This document shows, one piece after another, positions 25,577 through 36,594 of a stretch of 64,000 nucleotides of DNA (position 1 is the stretch's first letter; every line of letters begins with the position of its first letter). A program made the position numbers and the translations under genes. The notes below the pieces were generated by a model. It saw only the letters and a program-made list of their open reading frames with translations. It was not told the DNA's origin and did not search any database. The stretch covers positions 28,528-92,527 of the IMG/VR virus record IMGVR_UViG_3300005534_000001; one strand, given 5' to 3'. Source of the stretch: a virus.

Positions 25577-27892
25577 ATGCCAGCCCTCGTAGAAGCCACA
25601 GGTAGCCCCAAGCAAAAAGAAATAGATGAAGAAGAGCAAGCCAGAATTGATCTGGATGCTTTTCTGACTCTTGCGCGCAAGCGTTTCTCTATTGCTGAAG
25701 AGGCTGAGGCAGAAAACCGCAAAGCTTCTCTTGAAGATCTGGAATTTTTCACTGGAGAGCAGTGGCCGAACGATGTCAAGGCCGCAAGAAGCGCCGATGG
25801 ACGCCCATGCCTCACAATCAATCGGCTCAAGGGCATAAAGAATCAAGTCACGAACGAGCAGAGGCAGCAGAGGCCAGCAATTCAAGTAAACCCTCGTGGA
25901 GACGGAGCCAGCACGGAGACCGCCGAAGTCTATCAAGGGATAATACGAGACATTGAGGTAAACTCTGACGCTGAAATTGCCTATGACAGTTCATTCGAAG
26001 GAATGGTCATCGGTGGATTCTCGTACTTCCGCGTTCTCACTGATTACCTTCCCGGATTAAGTTTTGAGCAGGAACTTAAGATCAAGCGGATCAAAAATCC
26101 CTTCACGGTTTACTTTGATCCAACCTGCATTGAACCTGATTATTCCGATGCAAACTGGGCCTTCATCATCGAAGACCTGTCGAAACAGGAATACAAAGCG
26201 CAGTTTCCTAAGTCTGAAGCCGCTTCGATGGTGGACTTCAGCAGTATTGGAGATCAATCGCCGGGATGGGCCGCAAAAGAGACAATTCGCATCGCTGAGT
26301 ACTTCCATGTTGAGCACGATACCCAGCCGATTGTGCTTCTTGATGATAATCGCGTGATGCTCAAAGAACATGCGCCAAAAGATGCGGTAATCGTTAAATC
26401 CAGAGACATGATAGTTCGCCGCGTGGTCTGGACAAAGATCAATGCCATCGAGAAATTGAAAGAGACTTCTTGGCTTGGCCAGTGGATACCGATTATCCCG
26501 GTACTCGGCGACGATCTGGACGTAAACGGGAAAAGGTACCTTGCTGGATTGATCAGAAACGCAAAAGACGCACAAAAGCAATACAACTACATGAACTCGG
26601 CGGCCACAGAGCAGATTGCATTGGCCACTAAAGCCCCATATTTGGCAGTGGAAGGCCAGATGGAAGGCTTTGAGAAAATGTGGGAACAGGCCAATGTCAG
26701 GAATTTCTCGTTCCTGTATTACAAGGCTGTTGATGTTCAAGGTAAACCCGCTCCTCCTCCGACACGCAATGCGGTAGAGCCACCTATTCAGGCAATGGCA
26801 GTGATGATCAGGCAGGCTGACAATGACCTGAAAAGTACTACAGGCATTTATGACGCATCTTTGGGGGAAAGAGGGCCAGACCAGTCAGGGAAGGCGATTC
26901 TAGCTCGACAGAAGCAGGGAGACGTTGCCACGCTCAACTTTAGCGACAATCTGGCGCGGTCGATTCGCTTTCTTGGCAAGCAATTGGTGGATTTGATTCC
27001 GAGAGTTTATACCGCAGCGCGAATCCAAAGAATCATCAAGCCAGATCAAACGGTTGATCATGTGGGAATATGGAATTCCTCAATGCATGATGCCGGTACC
27101 GACCCGCGCACATTGCCGGGAATGACCGATCCGTCAATCAAGAGGATCTTTGACATTGGTACAGGGCGCTACGATGTAACGGTATCGGTTGGGCCTTCAT
27201 ATCAGTCGAAGAGGCAGGAAGCAGTTTCTTCGCAACTTGCGCTCATTCAGGCTGACCCTGATATTTTGAAGGTCGCTGGCGATCTGCTAATCAGGAACAT
27301 GGATTGGCCGGGATCAAAAGAAATTGCTGACAGAGTAAAGAAGATGTTGCCTCCACAATTGCAAGACGATAATGGAGATCCAGCAGCGCAACTCCAGAAG
27401 GCGCAATCTCAACTTCAGCAACTAAATCAGCAGCATGAATTATTGACTCAGCATCTTACTGCTGCCAATGAAACGATCAAATCTAAGCAACAAGAGCAAG
27501 AGGCCAAGATGTCCATCGCCAAGGCTCAGATTGATGCCGATTTGATCAAGACGAAACTGGAACTTGAGAATAAATTGGCGATTGCCGAAATCACTACCAA
27601 GGCCCAAGACCGTCAGCAGAGAGCTCAATTAGAACAGGATATGTGGATGGCGCTGCACAATTCGGCGCACGATGCGGCAACTCAAGCGACAGATCAAACG
27701 CACGAAGCGGGAATGCAGACTGCCGACCAGCAGCATGAAGCACAACTTCAGCAAGCCCAACAGCAACATGAAGGCGAACAGGCCACCCAATCCCAAGGTG
27801 CAGAAGCAGACCAAGCTACTCAGGCCCAAGCAGCCGCACAACAGCAACAAGAATCGGCGCAAGCCGCAGAACCTCAAACTCCAGGAGAATAA
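25577..27892 (+). CDS. portal protein (P22 gp1-like)
   Basis: DLEFFTGEQW..GRPCLTIN, GLIRNAKDAQ..YN, SGKAILARQ, RYDVTVSVGPSY.S.RQE; Q-rich C-terminal barrel. Confidence 0.95.
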   Translation: MPALVEATGSPKQKEIDEEEQARIDLDAFLTLARKRFSIAEEAEAENRKASLEDLEFFTGEQWPNDVKAARSADGRPCLTINRLKGIKNQVTNEQRQQRPAIQVNPRGDGASTETAEVYQGIIRDIEVNSDAEIAYDSSFEGMVIGGFSYFRVLTDYLPGLSFEQELKIKRIKNPFTVYFDPTCIEPDYSDANWAFIIEDLSKQEYKAQFPKSEAASMVDFSSIGDQSPGWAAKETIRIAEYFHVEHDTQPIVLLDDNRVMLKEHAPKDAVIVKSRDMIVRRVVWTKINAIEKLKETSWLGQWIPIIPVLGDDLDVNGKRYLAGLIRNAKDAQKQYNYMNSAATEQIALATKAPYLAVEGQMEGFEKMWEQANVRNFSFLYYKAVDVQGKPAPPPTRNAVEPPIQAMAVMIRQADNDLKSTTGIYDASLGERGPDQSGKAILARQKQGDVATLNFSDNLARSIRFLGKQLVDLIPRVYTAARIQRIIKPDQTVDHVGIWNSSMHDAGTDPRTLPGMTDPSIKRIFDIGTGRYDVTVSVGPSYQSKRQEAVSSQLALIQADPDILKVAGDLLIRNMDWPGSKEIADRVKKMLPPQLQDDNGDPAAQLQKAQSQLQQLNQQHELLTQHLTAANETIKSKQQEQEAKMSIAKAQIDADLIKTKLELENKLAIAEITTKAQDRQQRAQLEQDMWMALHNSAHDAATQATDQTHEAGMQTADQQHEAQLQQAQQQHEGEQATQSQGAEADQATQAQAAAQQQQESAQAAEPQTPGE

Positions 27893-27895
27893 CTT

Positions 27896-28297
27896 ATGGC
27901 ACTACCAATGAATAAAATCGGCAATCATTCAGGGGCATGGGATTCATCGGCCCAAAGGGACGTACTCCAGAGCAATTGTCAATTACCTTTTGTTCTCACA
28001 GGTTCAGCCGATGCCCTCGCATGGCCGGCAAGTTACATTGTCAACTCATCCGTTGTGGATGCAATGACACTCGGTACTCCCATTGCCGGAGATCCATTGG
28101 TCGGTGGCGATGACGGGAAAACCATTACAGTTGCCGATGTCGGCGGCCATGCTCATACGATCACCACGGCTAACAACGTGATCATCAACAGCAAGAAGAC
28201 GCTCACATTCAATGGAACCATTGGTTCTTTCGTTGAGCTCCAGGCGTGGAATGGACTCTGGATAGTCTTGGCCAACACTGGAATAACAATCAGCTAA
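27896..28297 (+). CDS. small beta-rich virion protein (no signal peptide)
   Basis: DDGKTITV..AHTIT..LTF...G..VEL.A.NG.W pattern typical of phage decoration or fibre domains. Confidence 0.65.
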   Translation: MALPMNKIGNHSGAWDSSAQRDVLQSNCQLPFVLTGSADALAWPASYIVNSSVVDAMTLGTPIAGDPLVGGDDGKTITVADVGGHAHTITTANNVIINSKKTLTFNGTIGSFVELQAWNGLWIVLANTGITIS

Positions 28298-28315
28298 CCT
28301 TCCACATGTGAACTG

Positions 28316-28346
28316 GGCCGATCAATCGAGGTCGGCCATTCTTTTT
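28316..28346 (+). terminator. Rho-independent terminator
   Basis: GGCCGATC/GGTCGGCC stem followed by TTCTTTTT. Confidence 0.65.
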
Positions 28347-28420
28347 GGTGTAACAGGAATGCAGAATGATTTTCATATTCGCAATTTTAATCGTATTTTT
28401 ACTTCTCTGTGGGCAGATCA

Positions 28421-30442
28421 ATGAAAAAACTAATCTCGTTATTATTCCTGATTTCAACTCTGTCGTTTTGCCAGAGTTTTTCGACTGGGAGCATAACGGC
28501 TTCCGGTACGACATGTGCGACAACAAACGCTTGCATTGCTCTTCATCTCCCAATAAATACGGCCACGGTAGCAGTAACAATTACGGGTACATGGACAGGA
28601 ACAATTCAATTCGAGGGAGCCGCAAACGATCCTTCGGTGACATTCGTTTCAGTCTCCGGCCAGCCGTTGCCATCGGGTGTATTAGCTAGTTCGGCAACGG
28701 CAAATGGAACATGGATTTTTCCGGCAGGAGCACTTAGCGATTTTCATGTTAGGGAATCGGCGGCGATGACCGGAGCCGCCGTTGTTACTATCAATGCATC
28801 TCTTGGGGCTACTCCACAAGGGACAACGATTAGCGGCACAGTAAATCAAGGTGCAGCCAATGCTACTCCGTGGAATCAGAATATTTCACAGGTAGCAGGG
28901 CAGATTCTTGGAGCAATCGCAAATTATGGGACAACGCCGGGACCTGTTCTGGTGCCGGGGGTGAATGCATTTATAACGAATGTGCCAGCAGTTTCCCAAT
29001 CTGGTACATGGACAGTCCAACCTGGCAACACAGCGAACACAACGCCGTGGCTGTTTACCATTCAGCAGGGCGGCAATCCGGCAACGGTATCAGCGGGTGG
29101 TGCGCTCAAGGTGGACGGGAGCGCAGTCACGCAGCCGGTTAGCGGAACGGTCGCAACGTCAAATTTACCTAACACCGTCGATACTGGTACCGGAGCATCG
29201 GGAGCAAGCACAATTCGCGTTGCTCCTGGAACTGGGAACTTTACCGTTGTCCAGCCTACAGGCACCAATTTACACGTGGTGGCCGATACGGGCAGCACAA
29301 TGACGGTAACCGGAAACGTGAGCACAGTTGGCACGGCTAGCAACAACGCAGGCGCACCAGCAGCAACAAGCAATCTCGGCGTTCTTCCCGCAATCGCCAA
29401 CGCGGCCAGCCCTTCTTGGACAGAAGGCAATCAGGTTCTCGCGAGCACCGATTTAACCGGCAGGCAGAGAGTACGCGGCACAGCAACAAACAATAATGCG
29501 GCTCCTGGAGCGGACCAGATTGACATAATGCCGAACGTGGCCAATGCGGCCTCCCCGACTTGGGTAGAAGGCAATTCAACAAAGGACAGCGTAGATCTCG
29601 CCGGGCGTAAGCGCACTTTTAACCCGGATCTCACGCCGGGAACCTGCACGATCACAGCTTCAGGTACAGCCAACGGCTGCACAGTCACCATGAGCGGATA
29701 CGCTGGTGCGGGATTCATTGTGACGGCAGGCGGGGCAGGAACGGCAACACTTGCGCCTTATATCGTTGGGCCTGATTGTTCCACAATTCGCACCACAGCA
29801 ACGCAGATGATGGACGTTGCTAACGGAAGCGTAGTTTCCAGTGTTGCCAATCCGGCAACCGGCAAGGTGTATCAATTACTTGGGCCGCAAGCGGGAGATT
29901 GTAAAGTGGGAGTGTATGCCAGCGCATTTACGGCAAACATCACCATCCAATTGAGGGCAACCACGATACCGTTTGCTGGTCAAGGGTTTAATGTTAACGG
30001 TGGCACTTGGACACCGTGGCCTCTTTATACGAATGCGCCTTCGACCACTAACGGTCAACCGTTCTGGCAGAGCTATGTTGACCCTTGCGCGGCCCCCGGA
30101 GTTCTAAAGTCACACAAGTTCGCCAACATCACCACTTCAACTACAACGCAGATCATTGCTGTTTCCGGGTCCACAAACATTTATATATGTGGGATTGACG
30201 TTCAGCTCAACTCAACCACCTCGAGCACTATCTTGTTTGAGCATGGCACCGGAGCGGCTTGCACTGGAACGGTATCGGACACGGCAACCTATTCAAACGG
30301 CGGCCTTACTTCTGAAACTATTCACATGGGATTTGGAGCAGGAACTTATTACGCAACTGGAGCATCACAAGGCGTCTGTGCGGTGACTACCGTTGGCACT
30401 TCGCCAACAATTTCAGTGGACATCACGATGGTTCAGCAGTAG
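28421..30442 (+). CDS. fibre-like virion protein with Sec signal peptide
   Basis: MKKLISLLFLISTLSFC|Q; fibre motifs LKVDGSAVTQPVSGTV; 49-aa tandem repeat; 10 Cys in the mature chain. Confidence 0.75.
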   Translation: MKKLISLLFLISTLSFCQSFSTGSITASGTTCATTNACIALHLPINTATVAVTITGTWTGTIQFEGAANDPSVTFVSVSGQPLPSGVLASSATANGTWIFPAGALSDFHVRESAAMTGAAVVTINASLGATPQGTTISGTVNQGAANATPWNQNISQVAGQILGAIANYGTTPGPVLVPGVNAFITNVPAVSQSGTWTVQPGNTANTTPWLFTIQQGGNPATVSAGGALKVDGSAVTQPVSGTVATSNLPNTVDTGTGASGASTIRVAPGTGNFTVVQPTGTNLHVVADTGSTMTVTGNVSTVGTASNNAGAPAATSNLGVLPAIANAASPSWTEGNQVLASTDLTGRQRVRGTATNNNAAPGADQIDIMPNVANAASPTWVEGNSTKDSVDLAGRKRTFNPDLTPGTCTITASGTANGCTVTMSGYAGAGFIVTAGGAGTATLAPYIVGPDCSTIRTTATQMMDVANGSVVSSVANPATGKVYQLLGPQAGDCKVGVYASAFTANITIQLRATTIPFAGQGFNVNGGTWTPWPLYTNAPSTTNGQPFWQSYVDPCAAPGVLKSHKFANITTSTTTQIIAVSGSTNIYICGIDVQLNSTTSSTILFEHGTGAACTGTVSDTATYSNGGLTSETIHMGFGAGTYYATGASQGVCAVTTVGTSPTISVDITMVQQ

Positions 30443-30454
30443 CCATATTCAGCA

Positions 30455-32614
30455 ATGATAATTAAATTGATCTCAGCATGTACCATCCTGTGCTCTTCTA
30501 TTTTCGGACAGAGCATCAATTCCTCATCCCAACCGGGCGCAACCGCTGATGTTCAAATCAGCAATGCAATTGCCGCACTCGCTGGCAATGGAACCGTGGT
30601 CGCTGATTACCTCACAGTTCAGACCTTTGCAGCCTGTCCATTGTGGGGAAGCAACAAGATCATTCTTGAACTTCGTCCTGTTCAGTTCAATTTAAATTCA
30701 GCCTGCACTATTCCGATTAACGTTTCACTTAAGATGTGGAACGGTGCTCTTCTTGCTCCAGCAGCCAATATTAATTTTTTCATAAATGGCAATGTGGATG
30801 CGCAACCTCAGCAGCGAATCGTAAACATCACCAATGGGAATGTGGTATTTCAGCACGTTCCAACGATCTGGTGGGACTGGTACGGAGCGGCAGACCTCGC
30901 TAATTCAGACGGCCCGATTCAGGCAGGCTTGAACGCGCTGGCATTGACAGGCGGGGCAGCAGCGCGGAAACCTCCATTCCTTTGTGTCCCAGGCGGGAAC
31001 TATACGCTTCATTCGCGGCCATTGCATATTGCAACCGGCAACGTGATTTTTGGTGGACCTGGCAGCGGATCGGAGTCATGCGGATTTCGGGAGAATTGGG
31101 GATTCGGGCCAAGCCTCGTGATCGGACCAAGCCCAGCGCAAGGGTATTGCGGACAAGGTACGACCTGCACGGTATCAGCTCCCTTGGTTGCTGGATTGAC
31201 CACGAGCGGCGGGAATGCTCTCAACTTCGATGGCATTCATCCGTACTGGTTTAATTTGTCTCTCGACACCAAAGAGTTGAACGCTATGAATGGCCTCACG
31301 CAATTGACGTTAGAGGCATTCGTAAACACTAGCGCCGTGGCAACGGGCATGATCATGGGATCATCGGGCAGGTTCGCTCAATCCGATCCAGTTACCCAGG
31401 CATTCAGTCTGCTTCTTGTGGGATCGGTGCCAACCTGCAAAATCAACACGAGCAACGGGATGGTACAGGTCAACGGCGGCAGTCTCACAGTAGGAACCAC
31501 GGCGCATGTTGCCTGTTCGTGGGATGGCTCAACGGTTCGCCTATTCGTGGCTGGCGTAGAAACCGCCTCGGGAGCAGCAACCGGCACCCTACTGAAGAAA
31601 GATTCCGAGGATGTGACCATCGGACCAGCGTTGCAATCATGGCCGGATGCTGGAGTTCTGACCAACGCCTGCAAATGCACGATTGACAGCCCAAAGATAA
31701 GTAACATCGCGCTCTATACGAGTGATGCCGGGTTCACTCCTCCAACGGCGAAACTCGTAAAAGATGCCAACACTTTAGCCCTTTTGAACTTTGCAAACTG
31801 CTTTGACGTGTTCTGCGACTTTCAGAGCAAAGATGCTAACGGGTTCCTGTTTTTTCGCAACGCCACATTTGCAGCCGCGCTGAACAATGTGCAACTTAAA
31901 GACCTCGTAATCAGCACAGGAACGGGGTTCGGAGGCGGTCTCTACTGGTACCAAACAAACCGATGGCAGCAGAACAACTTGCACATTGCGTTGAACACTG
32001 GAGCAGCAGATTACTTCTGGAACAACTCGTTCATTGGCAGTGCGAGGACTCTATACATTGATGCTGGAGGGACTGGCAATGGGCCTCTAGGCCATGATCT
32101 CATCGGCCTTGGGATGGTCGGTGCGGTCGGCGTGATTGAACTTGATGACGTGAATGTCACGGGCGGTCAATACCAGATTGTGGGCAATGGTGGGAGCGGT
32201 CAATTCAATCGTCTTTACACTGCCCCAACTACAGAAACGTCCTTTTCAGTATTTGCCAAGGGAAGCGGAGGATCTGAAACCTTTCAGTTTAACAATCTGG
32301 CTTGTGATGCCGAAGTATCGGGAGCGGGAGCAACCTTTCAGGCTTGCGCTTACATTTCGAACATGCGAACTGTTCAATTCATAGGCGGGGAACTGGAAGC
32401 AACTCAGCAATCTCCGCTTTGGGTGGATGGAGGAGAGTCAGTAACCGTTATCGGTTCTCGTTTTCTTCAGACGATAAGCTATCCAGCGCAGATCGTGCAT
32501 GTGGTTAATCCACCGACGCAAACGATACACATATTCAACGCGGTTCAGGCTGGAACACAATTCGGGCATACCCTGCCTTGGTGCGACAACATGACCGCTT
32601 GCTTGGTTCAGTAA
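30455..32614 (+). CDS. tailspike-like beta-helix protein with an inserted LamG/ConA domain and Sec signal peptide
   Basis: MIIKLISACTILCSSIFG|Q; WYGA..IQAGLNAL..VPGGNY spike motif; LTLEAFV..HVACSWDGSTVRLFV LamG motif; 16 Cys in the mature chain. Confidence 0.75.
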   Translation: MIIKLISACTILCSSIFGQSINSSSQPGATADVQISNAIAALAGNGTVVADYLTVQTFAACPLWGSNKIILELRPVQFNLNSACTIPINVSLKMWNGALLAPAANINFFINGNVDAQPQQRIVNITNGNVVFQHVPTIWWDWYGAADLANSDGPIQAGLNALALTGGAAARKPPFLCVPGGNYTLHSRPLHIATGNVIFGGPGSGSESCGFRENWGFGPSLVIGPSPAQGYCGQGTTCTVSAPLVAGLTTSGGNALNFDGIHPYWFNLSLDTKELNAMNGLTQLTLEAFVNTSAVATGMIMGSSGRFAQSDPVTQAFSLLLVGSVPTCKINTSNGMVQVNGGSLTVGTTAHVACSWDGSTVRLFVAGVETASGAATGTLLKKDSEDVTIGPALQSWPDAGVLTNACKCTIDSPKISNIALYTSDAGFTPPTAKLVKDANTLALLNFANCFDVFCDFQSKDANGFLFFRNATFAAALNNVQLKDLVISTGTGFGGGLYWYQTNRWQQNNLHIALNTGAADYFWNNSFIGSARTLYIDAGGTGNGPLGHDLIGLGMVGAVGVIELDDVNVTGGQYQIVGNGGSGQFNRLYTAPTTETSFSVFAKGSGGSETFQFNNLACDAEVSGAGATFQACAYISNMRTVQFIGGELEATQQSPLWVDGGESVTVIGSRFLQTISYPAQIVHVVNPPTQTIHIFNAVQAGTQFGHTLPWCDNMTACLVQ

Positions 32615-32705
32615 CTCCAAAACAAATTAATCAGGACTTATAAATCACGCCCATTGGTCGGCATTTTAATAGGCCAAGAATTAATCAGCTTAAAGGAGCG
32701 ATATT

Positions 32706-33689
32706 ATGAATGAAATTACCATTGTTTCTTCCACGGATACACAAGCCGAAGTAAACGCAGCTCTGGGAATTGAAGAGCCCAAAGCGACTGAAGTAAAAGA
32801 AGAACCCAAACCAGAAGTCAAAGAAACTCCAGCAGTTGAGAAGCCTGCAAAAGAATCCAAGGCTGCCAACGAAACAGAAGAAGAAAGAGCAGAAGCCGAG
32901 AAAGACAAAGGCAAAGGCGGCTGGCAGCGCCGTATCGACAAACTGACCAGAGAAAAATACGAACTTCTTGAAGAGAATCGCAATCTTCGCGCTGGCAAGG
33001 AACGCTTGGGGGCTGTGCCCGCTGTGGCGACCGAGGAAGAGCCAAAGAAACCAGTAGTCGAAGATGATCCACAGCCCAAGAAGGAAGCCTTCACCGATTA
33101 TGAAGAGTACCTTGATGCGCGAGCAGCATGGAGAGCGCGGCAAGAGTTCAAGGCCCTGACAGAGAAACAATCCAAGGAGTCTGATCAAGCCGCAGAAAAT
33201 CAGCGCATCCAGGAAACATTCGACAGTTACAACAAGAGATTCGAGCAAGCCAAATCCGACATCCCTGATCTTGAAGAGAAACTGCTTGAGGCAGCCCAAG
33301 CCGGTGTAAATATCCCGCAAGCAGCAATTATGGCCATCTATGAATTGGAGAATGGCCCAGAAGTTTCTTACTACATCGCTACCAATTCAGATGTAGCAGA
33401 AAAACTCAACAAGATGACCACTCTCCGCGCAGTGGCCGAAATTGGCCGCATTGCCTATACCTTGCAGAATAATCCAAAGGAAGAGACCAAAGCGGAACCA
33501 AAGCCGAAGGCCGAAGAGCCTAAGCCTGCAAAAGTTGAAGCCCCAAAGACAAAGGCCGCGAGTCCTCCACCTGAGCCTATAGCTCCAGTGGGCGGCTCCT
33601 CAACCAATGCGAGCGTCCCGGATTTCGACAAAATGAGCATGTCTGAATACACGGCATGGTACAAAAAGAATTATCCAGGCGTCCGCTAA
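32706..33689 (+). CDS. scaffolding protein
   Basis: E/K/P-rich; WQRRIDKLTREK; ENGPEVSYYIATN; PPEPIAPV; position before coat gene. Confidence 0.85.
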   Translation: MNEITIVSSTDTQAEVNAALGIEEPKATEVKEEPKPEVKETPAVEKPAKESKAANETEEERAEAEKDKGKGGWQRRIDKLTREKYELLEENRNLRAGKERLGAVPAVATEEEPKKPVVEDDPQPKKEAFTDYEEYLDARAAWRARQEFKALTEKQSKESDQAAENQRIQETFDSYNKRFEQAKSDIPDLEEKLLEAAQAGVNIPQAAIMAIYELENGPEVSYYIATNSDVAEKLNKMTTLRAVAEIGRIAYTLQNNPKEETKAEPKPKAEEPKPAKVEAPKTKAASPPPEPIAPVGGSSTNASVPDFDKMSMSEYTAWYKKNYPGVR

Positions 33690-33705
33690 ATTCAGGAGAA
33701 TTTAA

Positions 33706-34908
33706 GTGAACACCCTTTTAACTTCCAGTATCATCACCAAAGAAGCCGTACGGGTGCTTGAGAACAATCTTACTCTGACCAAGCACATCAACCGCGACTA
33801 CGATGATCAATTCGCCAAAAAGGGCGCAGTCATCGGCAATACCATCAACGTACGCAAACCGCCCCGTTACATCGGTACCACTGGATCTGCGCTCTCAATT
33901 GAAGATGCGACCGAGACCAGCGTACCGTTGACACTCACCACTCAATTCCACGTGGACATCGCCTTCACCACGGTCGATTTGACCTTGAGCATCAACGATT
34001 TCAGCCGCCAATTCATCAAGCCTGCCATCGCGGCCATTGCCAACAAGGTAGACTTTGATGCCTCGTTGCTCTACCAGACGGTTTACAACACCATCGGCAC
34101 TCCGGGAACTACGCCCAACGCACTGCTGACTTATCTTCAGGCACAGCAGCGCTTGAACGAAGAAGCGGCTCCTTTGGATGAGCGCAGCCTGTGCATGACT
34201 CCTGCCATGAATGCTGCCATCGTGGACTCTCTCAAGGGATTGTTTCAGTCCTCTGAAAAAATCCGCGAACAGTACGAAAAGGGCATGATCGGGATGTCCA
34301 TTGGTCTTGAATGGTACATGGATCAGAACCTGCGCACCCATAAGATTGGGCCTCTTGGCGGTACACCTCTGGTAAGCGGTGCCGGACAGACAGGTACCTC
34401 TTTGCTGACCTCTGGATGGACGGCTGCTGCGGCTTCCCGGCTCAAAAAGGGCGATGTATTCACGATTGCCAATGTGAATGCGGTGAACCCTCAGAATCGG
34501 CAATCCACTGGCTCACTTCGCCAGTTTGTCGCGACGGCTGATTTCTCTTCGGCTGCGGATGGAACGGGAACCATTTCTATCTCGCCCGCTCTGACCGTTG
34601 CTGGCCCCTTCCAGACCGTGGATGCACTTCCGGCCAATGCCGCTGCAATCACTGTCTTTGGCGCGGCCAATACCCAAACTCCTCAAGGTCTCGTGTTCCA
34701 TCGGGACGCCTTCACGATGGGCGTTGCCGATCTCATGATGCCCCAGGGAGTCGATATGAACAACAGGGTATCGGACAAGCAACTTGGATTGAGCCTTCGC
34801 CTTGTCCGCGCCTACGACATCAACACGGACCGCCTGCCATGCCGCACAGACATCCTGTACGGTTTCGCGCCGATTTACCCGGAACTTTGCTGTAGGATAG
34901 CGGGATAG
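33706..34908 (+). CDS. major capsid protein (P22 coat/gp5-like)
   Basis: NTLLT..IT.EA..VLEN.L, GNTINVRKPPRY, RTDILYG; AGGAG RBS with GTG start. Confidence 0.95.
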   Translation: MNTLLTSSIITKEAVRVLENNLTLTKHINRDYDDQFAKKGAVIGNTINVRKPPRYIGTTGSALSIEDATETSVPLTLTTQFHVDIAFTTVDLTLSINDFSRQFIKPAIAAIANKVDFDASLLYQTVYNTIGTPGTTPNALLTYLQAQQRLNEEAAPLDERSLCMTPAMNAAIVDSLKGLFQSSEKIREQYEKGMIGMSIGLEWYMDQNLRTHKIGPLGGTPLVSGAGQTGTSLLTSGWTAAAASRLKKGDVFTIANVNAVNPQNRQSTGSLRQFVATADFSSAADGTGTISISPALTVAGPFQTVDALPANAAAITVFGAANTQTPQGLVFHRDAFTMGVADLMMPQGVDMNNRVSDKQLGLSLRLVRAYDINTDRLPCRTDILYGFAPIYPELCCRIAG

Positions 34909-34926
34909 CTAGATAACCACCATCCA

Positions 34927-34956
34927 AAGAGGGGTGCGCAATCGCCCCTCTTATTC
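34927..34956 (+). terminator. hairpin or terminator after the coat gene
   Basis: AAGAGGGGTG/CGCCCCTCTT stem. Confidence 0.55.
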
Positions 34957-34978
34957 ACACTTCAGGAGAACAAAGTTT

Positions 34979-36076
34979 ATGAAACACGTGAAAGCAATCA
35001 TTCTTTTCTGTCTACTGGTGGTTTTGGCGGGAACTGGATTTGGTCAGGCCACTCTGCAATCAACAACCGTTTCGGCTGCTGTAGGATTGAACGATCAGTC
35101 AATCGTCGTTGCCTCAGCCACTGGTTTTGTCGCTCCGAACAATGGAGCAATTGCCAGCATCGTATTCATTGACCAAGAAGCACTGGGAGTCCAGTCAATT
35201 TCCGGCACTACCATTGGCGTCATTCGTGGATATGGTGGAACCCGATCTACTGCTCACGCTTCAGGCACGACAACCTATATTGGGCCGCCTAATTACTACG
35301 TGTCGTTTCCACAAGCTGGAGCCTGCACAGCAGCCAATCAGGTAGTTTTGCCGACAATCAATATCACCAGCGGATTGCAGTACAACTGCCTTGGCGGTGT
35401 GTGGGTAGCAATCAATCCGTTGCCTACCAAGTTGTTTTTCCCTGCCGGAACTGCTTCGGTGACCTCATTCAATTTGCCTACTGGCGTAGCTCCAACTACT
35501 TCAGCGGTCGGTGATTGGTGGGTACCTGTTCAGGTGGTTCCATCGTTCTCTGAGGTCTCAGGGTCGCAAATCAGCGTAGTGGGAAACGTTTATTCTTTGG
35601 CCGGAGCCCAGGCGGCAACAACCATCAACACTTTGACCACGATAACCGGATCAAGTTTCACCATCAATGCTGGCCTGATGAACATAGCTGGCAAGACTCT
35701 TGAGGGTGAAGCATGGCTTACCAACATCAACACTACAGGCACCCCGACCGTGGCTCTTTCTGTGAAAATTGGTGCTGTTACAGTGGCCACATGCACCTCT
35801 GCCGCCATCACTAACGCGGTGACTGCTCCTGTACATTTTACGTTCACGGTAAAGACTGCCGTTGTGGGAGCATCGGGAACGGATGAGGCCCATTGCGCTC
35901 TTGACATCCCATTGGCCGCGGCTGCGAATGCTGTAGGGCGGTATCTGGACAACAACACTGCCACATCGAGCACCTATGACCACACGGTTGCCAATGCCAT
36001 TGTGATTCAGGGATTGTCGGCGGGAGCTTCTAACACCATCACTCTCCGCGATCTGCGGTATGACCTGAAGAACTAG
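34979..36076 (+). CDS. capsid decoration or head-fibre-like protein with Sec signal peptide
   Basis: CAGGAG RBS; MKHVKAIILFCLLVVLAGTGFG|Q; IDQEAL.V..V.RGY.GT...AH..G motif; 4 Cys in the mature chain. Confidence 0.75.
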   Translation: MKHVKAIILFCLLVVLAGTGFGQATLQSTTVSAAVGLNDQSIVVASATGFVAPNNGAIASIVFIDQEALGVQSISGTTIGVIRGYGGTRSTAHASGTTTYIGPPNYYVSFPQAGACTAANQVVLPTINITSGLQYNCLGGVWVAINPLPTKLFFPAGTASVTSFNLPTGVAPTTSAVGDWWVPVQVVPSFSEVSGSQISVVGNVYSLAGAQAATTINTLTTITGSSFTINAGLMNIAGKTLEGEAWLTNINTTGTPTVALSVKIGAVTVATCTSAAITNAVTAPVHFTFTVKTAVVGASGTDEAHCALDIPLAAAANAVGRYLDNNTATSSTYDHTVANAIVIQGLSAGASNTITLRDLRYDLKN

Positions 36077-36123
36077 CGGCATCAGGAGCAGGATTCAATC
36101 AAAAATCGAAATAAGGAGTTTTT

Positions 36124-36594
36124 ATGCATGAAAGCAAAGGCGTTCATTCTGAAACACACGTCTATGTCAACGGGTCTTATGTCGCCGTGCCGTATTTTCG
36201 CCAGGAGTACCCGAAAGTGAAGTACGGGACTAGCGTGGTGACCGTAAACAATGCCGACGAGGAAGCGGCCCTCGGTGAAGGCTGGTTCGATTCGCCGGCA
36301 CGGGAAGTACAGCCCACAATTCCGGGCGAACTGCAACCAACACGAACTGCCGAAGAAGTGGCGTATTTCAATGAGAATGGTCACTGGCCTATGGGCTCAC
36401 AGGAAGGCGCATTCAATCCAGACCAGACAACCCAGCCCGCAACGGCAATATCGGCTAACCCTGAGATACCTTCATCTCCGGCACCTGTAGCATTCCCGGC
36501 CAGTCCTAGCGCCGTGGAGTTAGCACACCAGAAGACACTCAACGCCGAAGCGAATCTCGCCGAAGCCCAGAAACAGGAATCACAGACCACCTAA
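36124..36594 (+). CDS. virion-module protein with EYPK..Y..V.N.DEE..LG.GW.DSP domain (paralog 1)
   Basis: AAGGAG RBS; motif shared with the next gene. Confidence 0.7.
   Translation: MHESKGVHSETHVYVNGSYVAVPYFRQEYPKVKYGTSVVTVNNADEEAALGEGWFDSPAREVQPTIPGELQPTRTAEEVAYFNENGHWPMGSQEGAFNPDQTTQPATAISANPEIPSSPAPVAFPASPSAVELAHQKTLNAEANLAEAQKQESQTT

Noticed and set aside
28366-28689. Overlapping ORF with a signal-like start (MIFIFAILIVFLLLCG|Q) and a possible frameshift into the fibre gene at the A6 run
   Set aside because: Joining needs a +1 shift, the fibre already has its own signal peptide at 28421, and the rest of the ORF is shadow sequence; at most a remnant.
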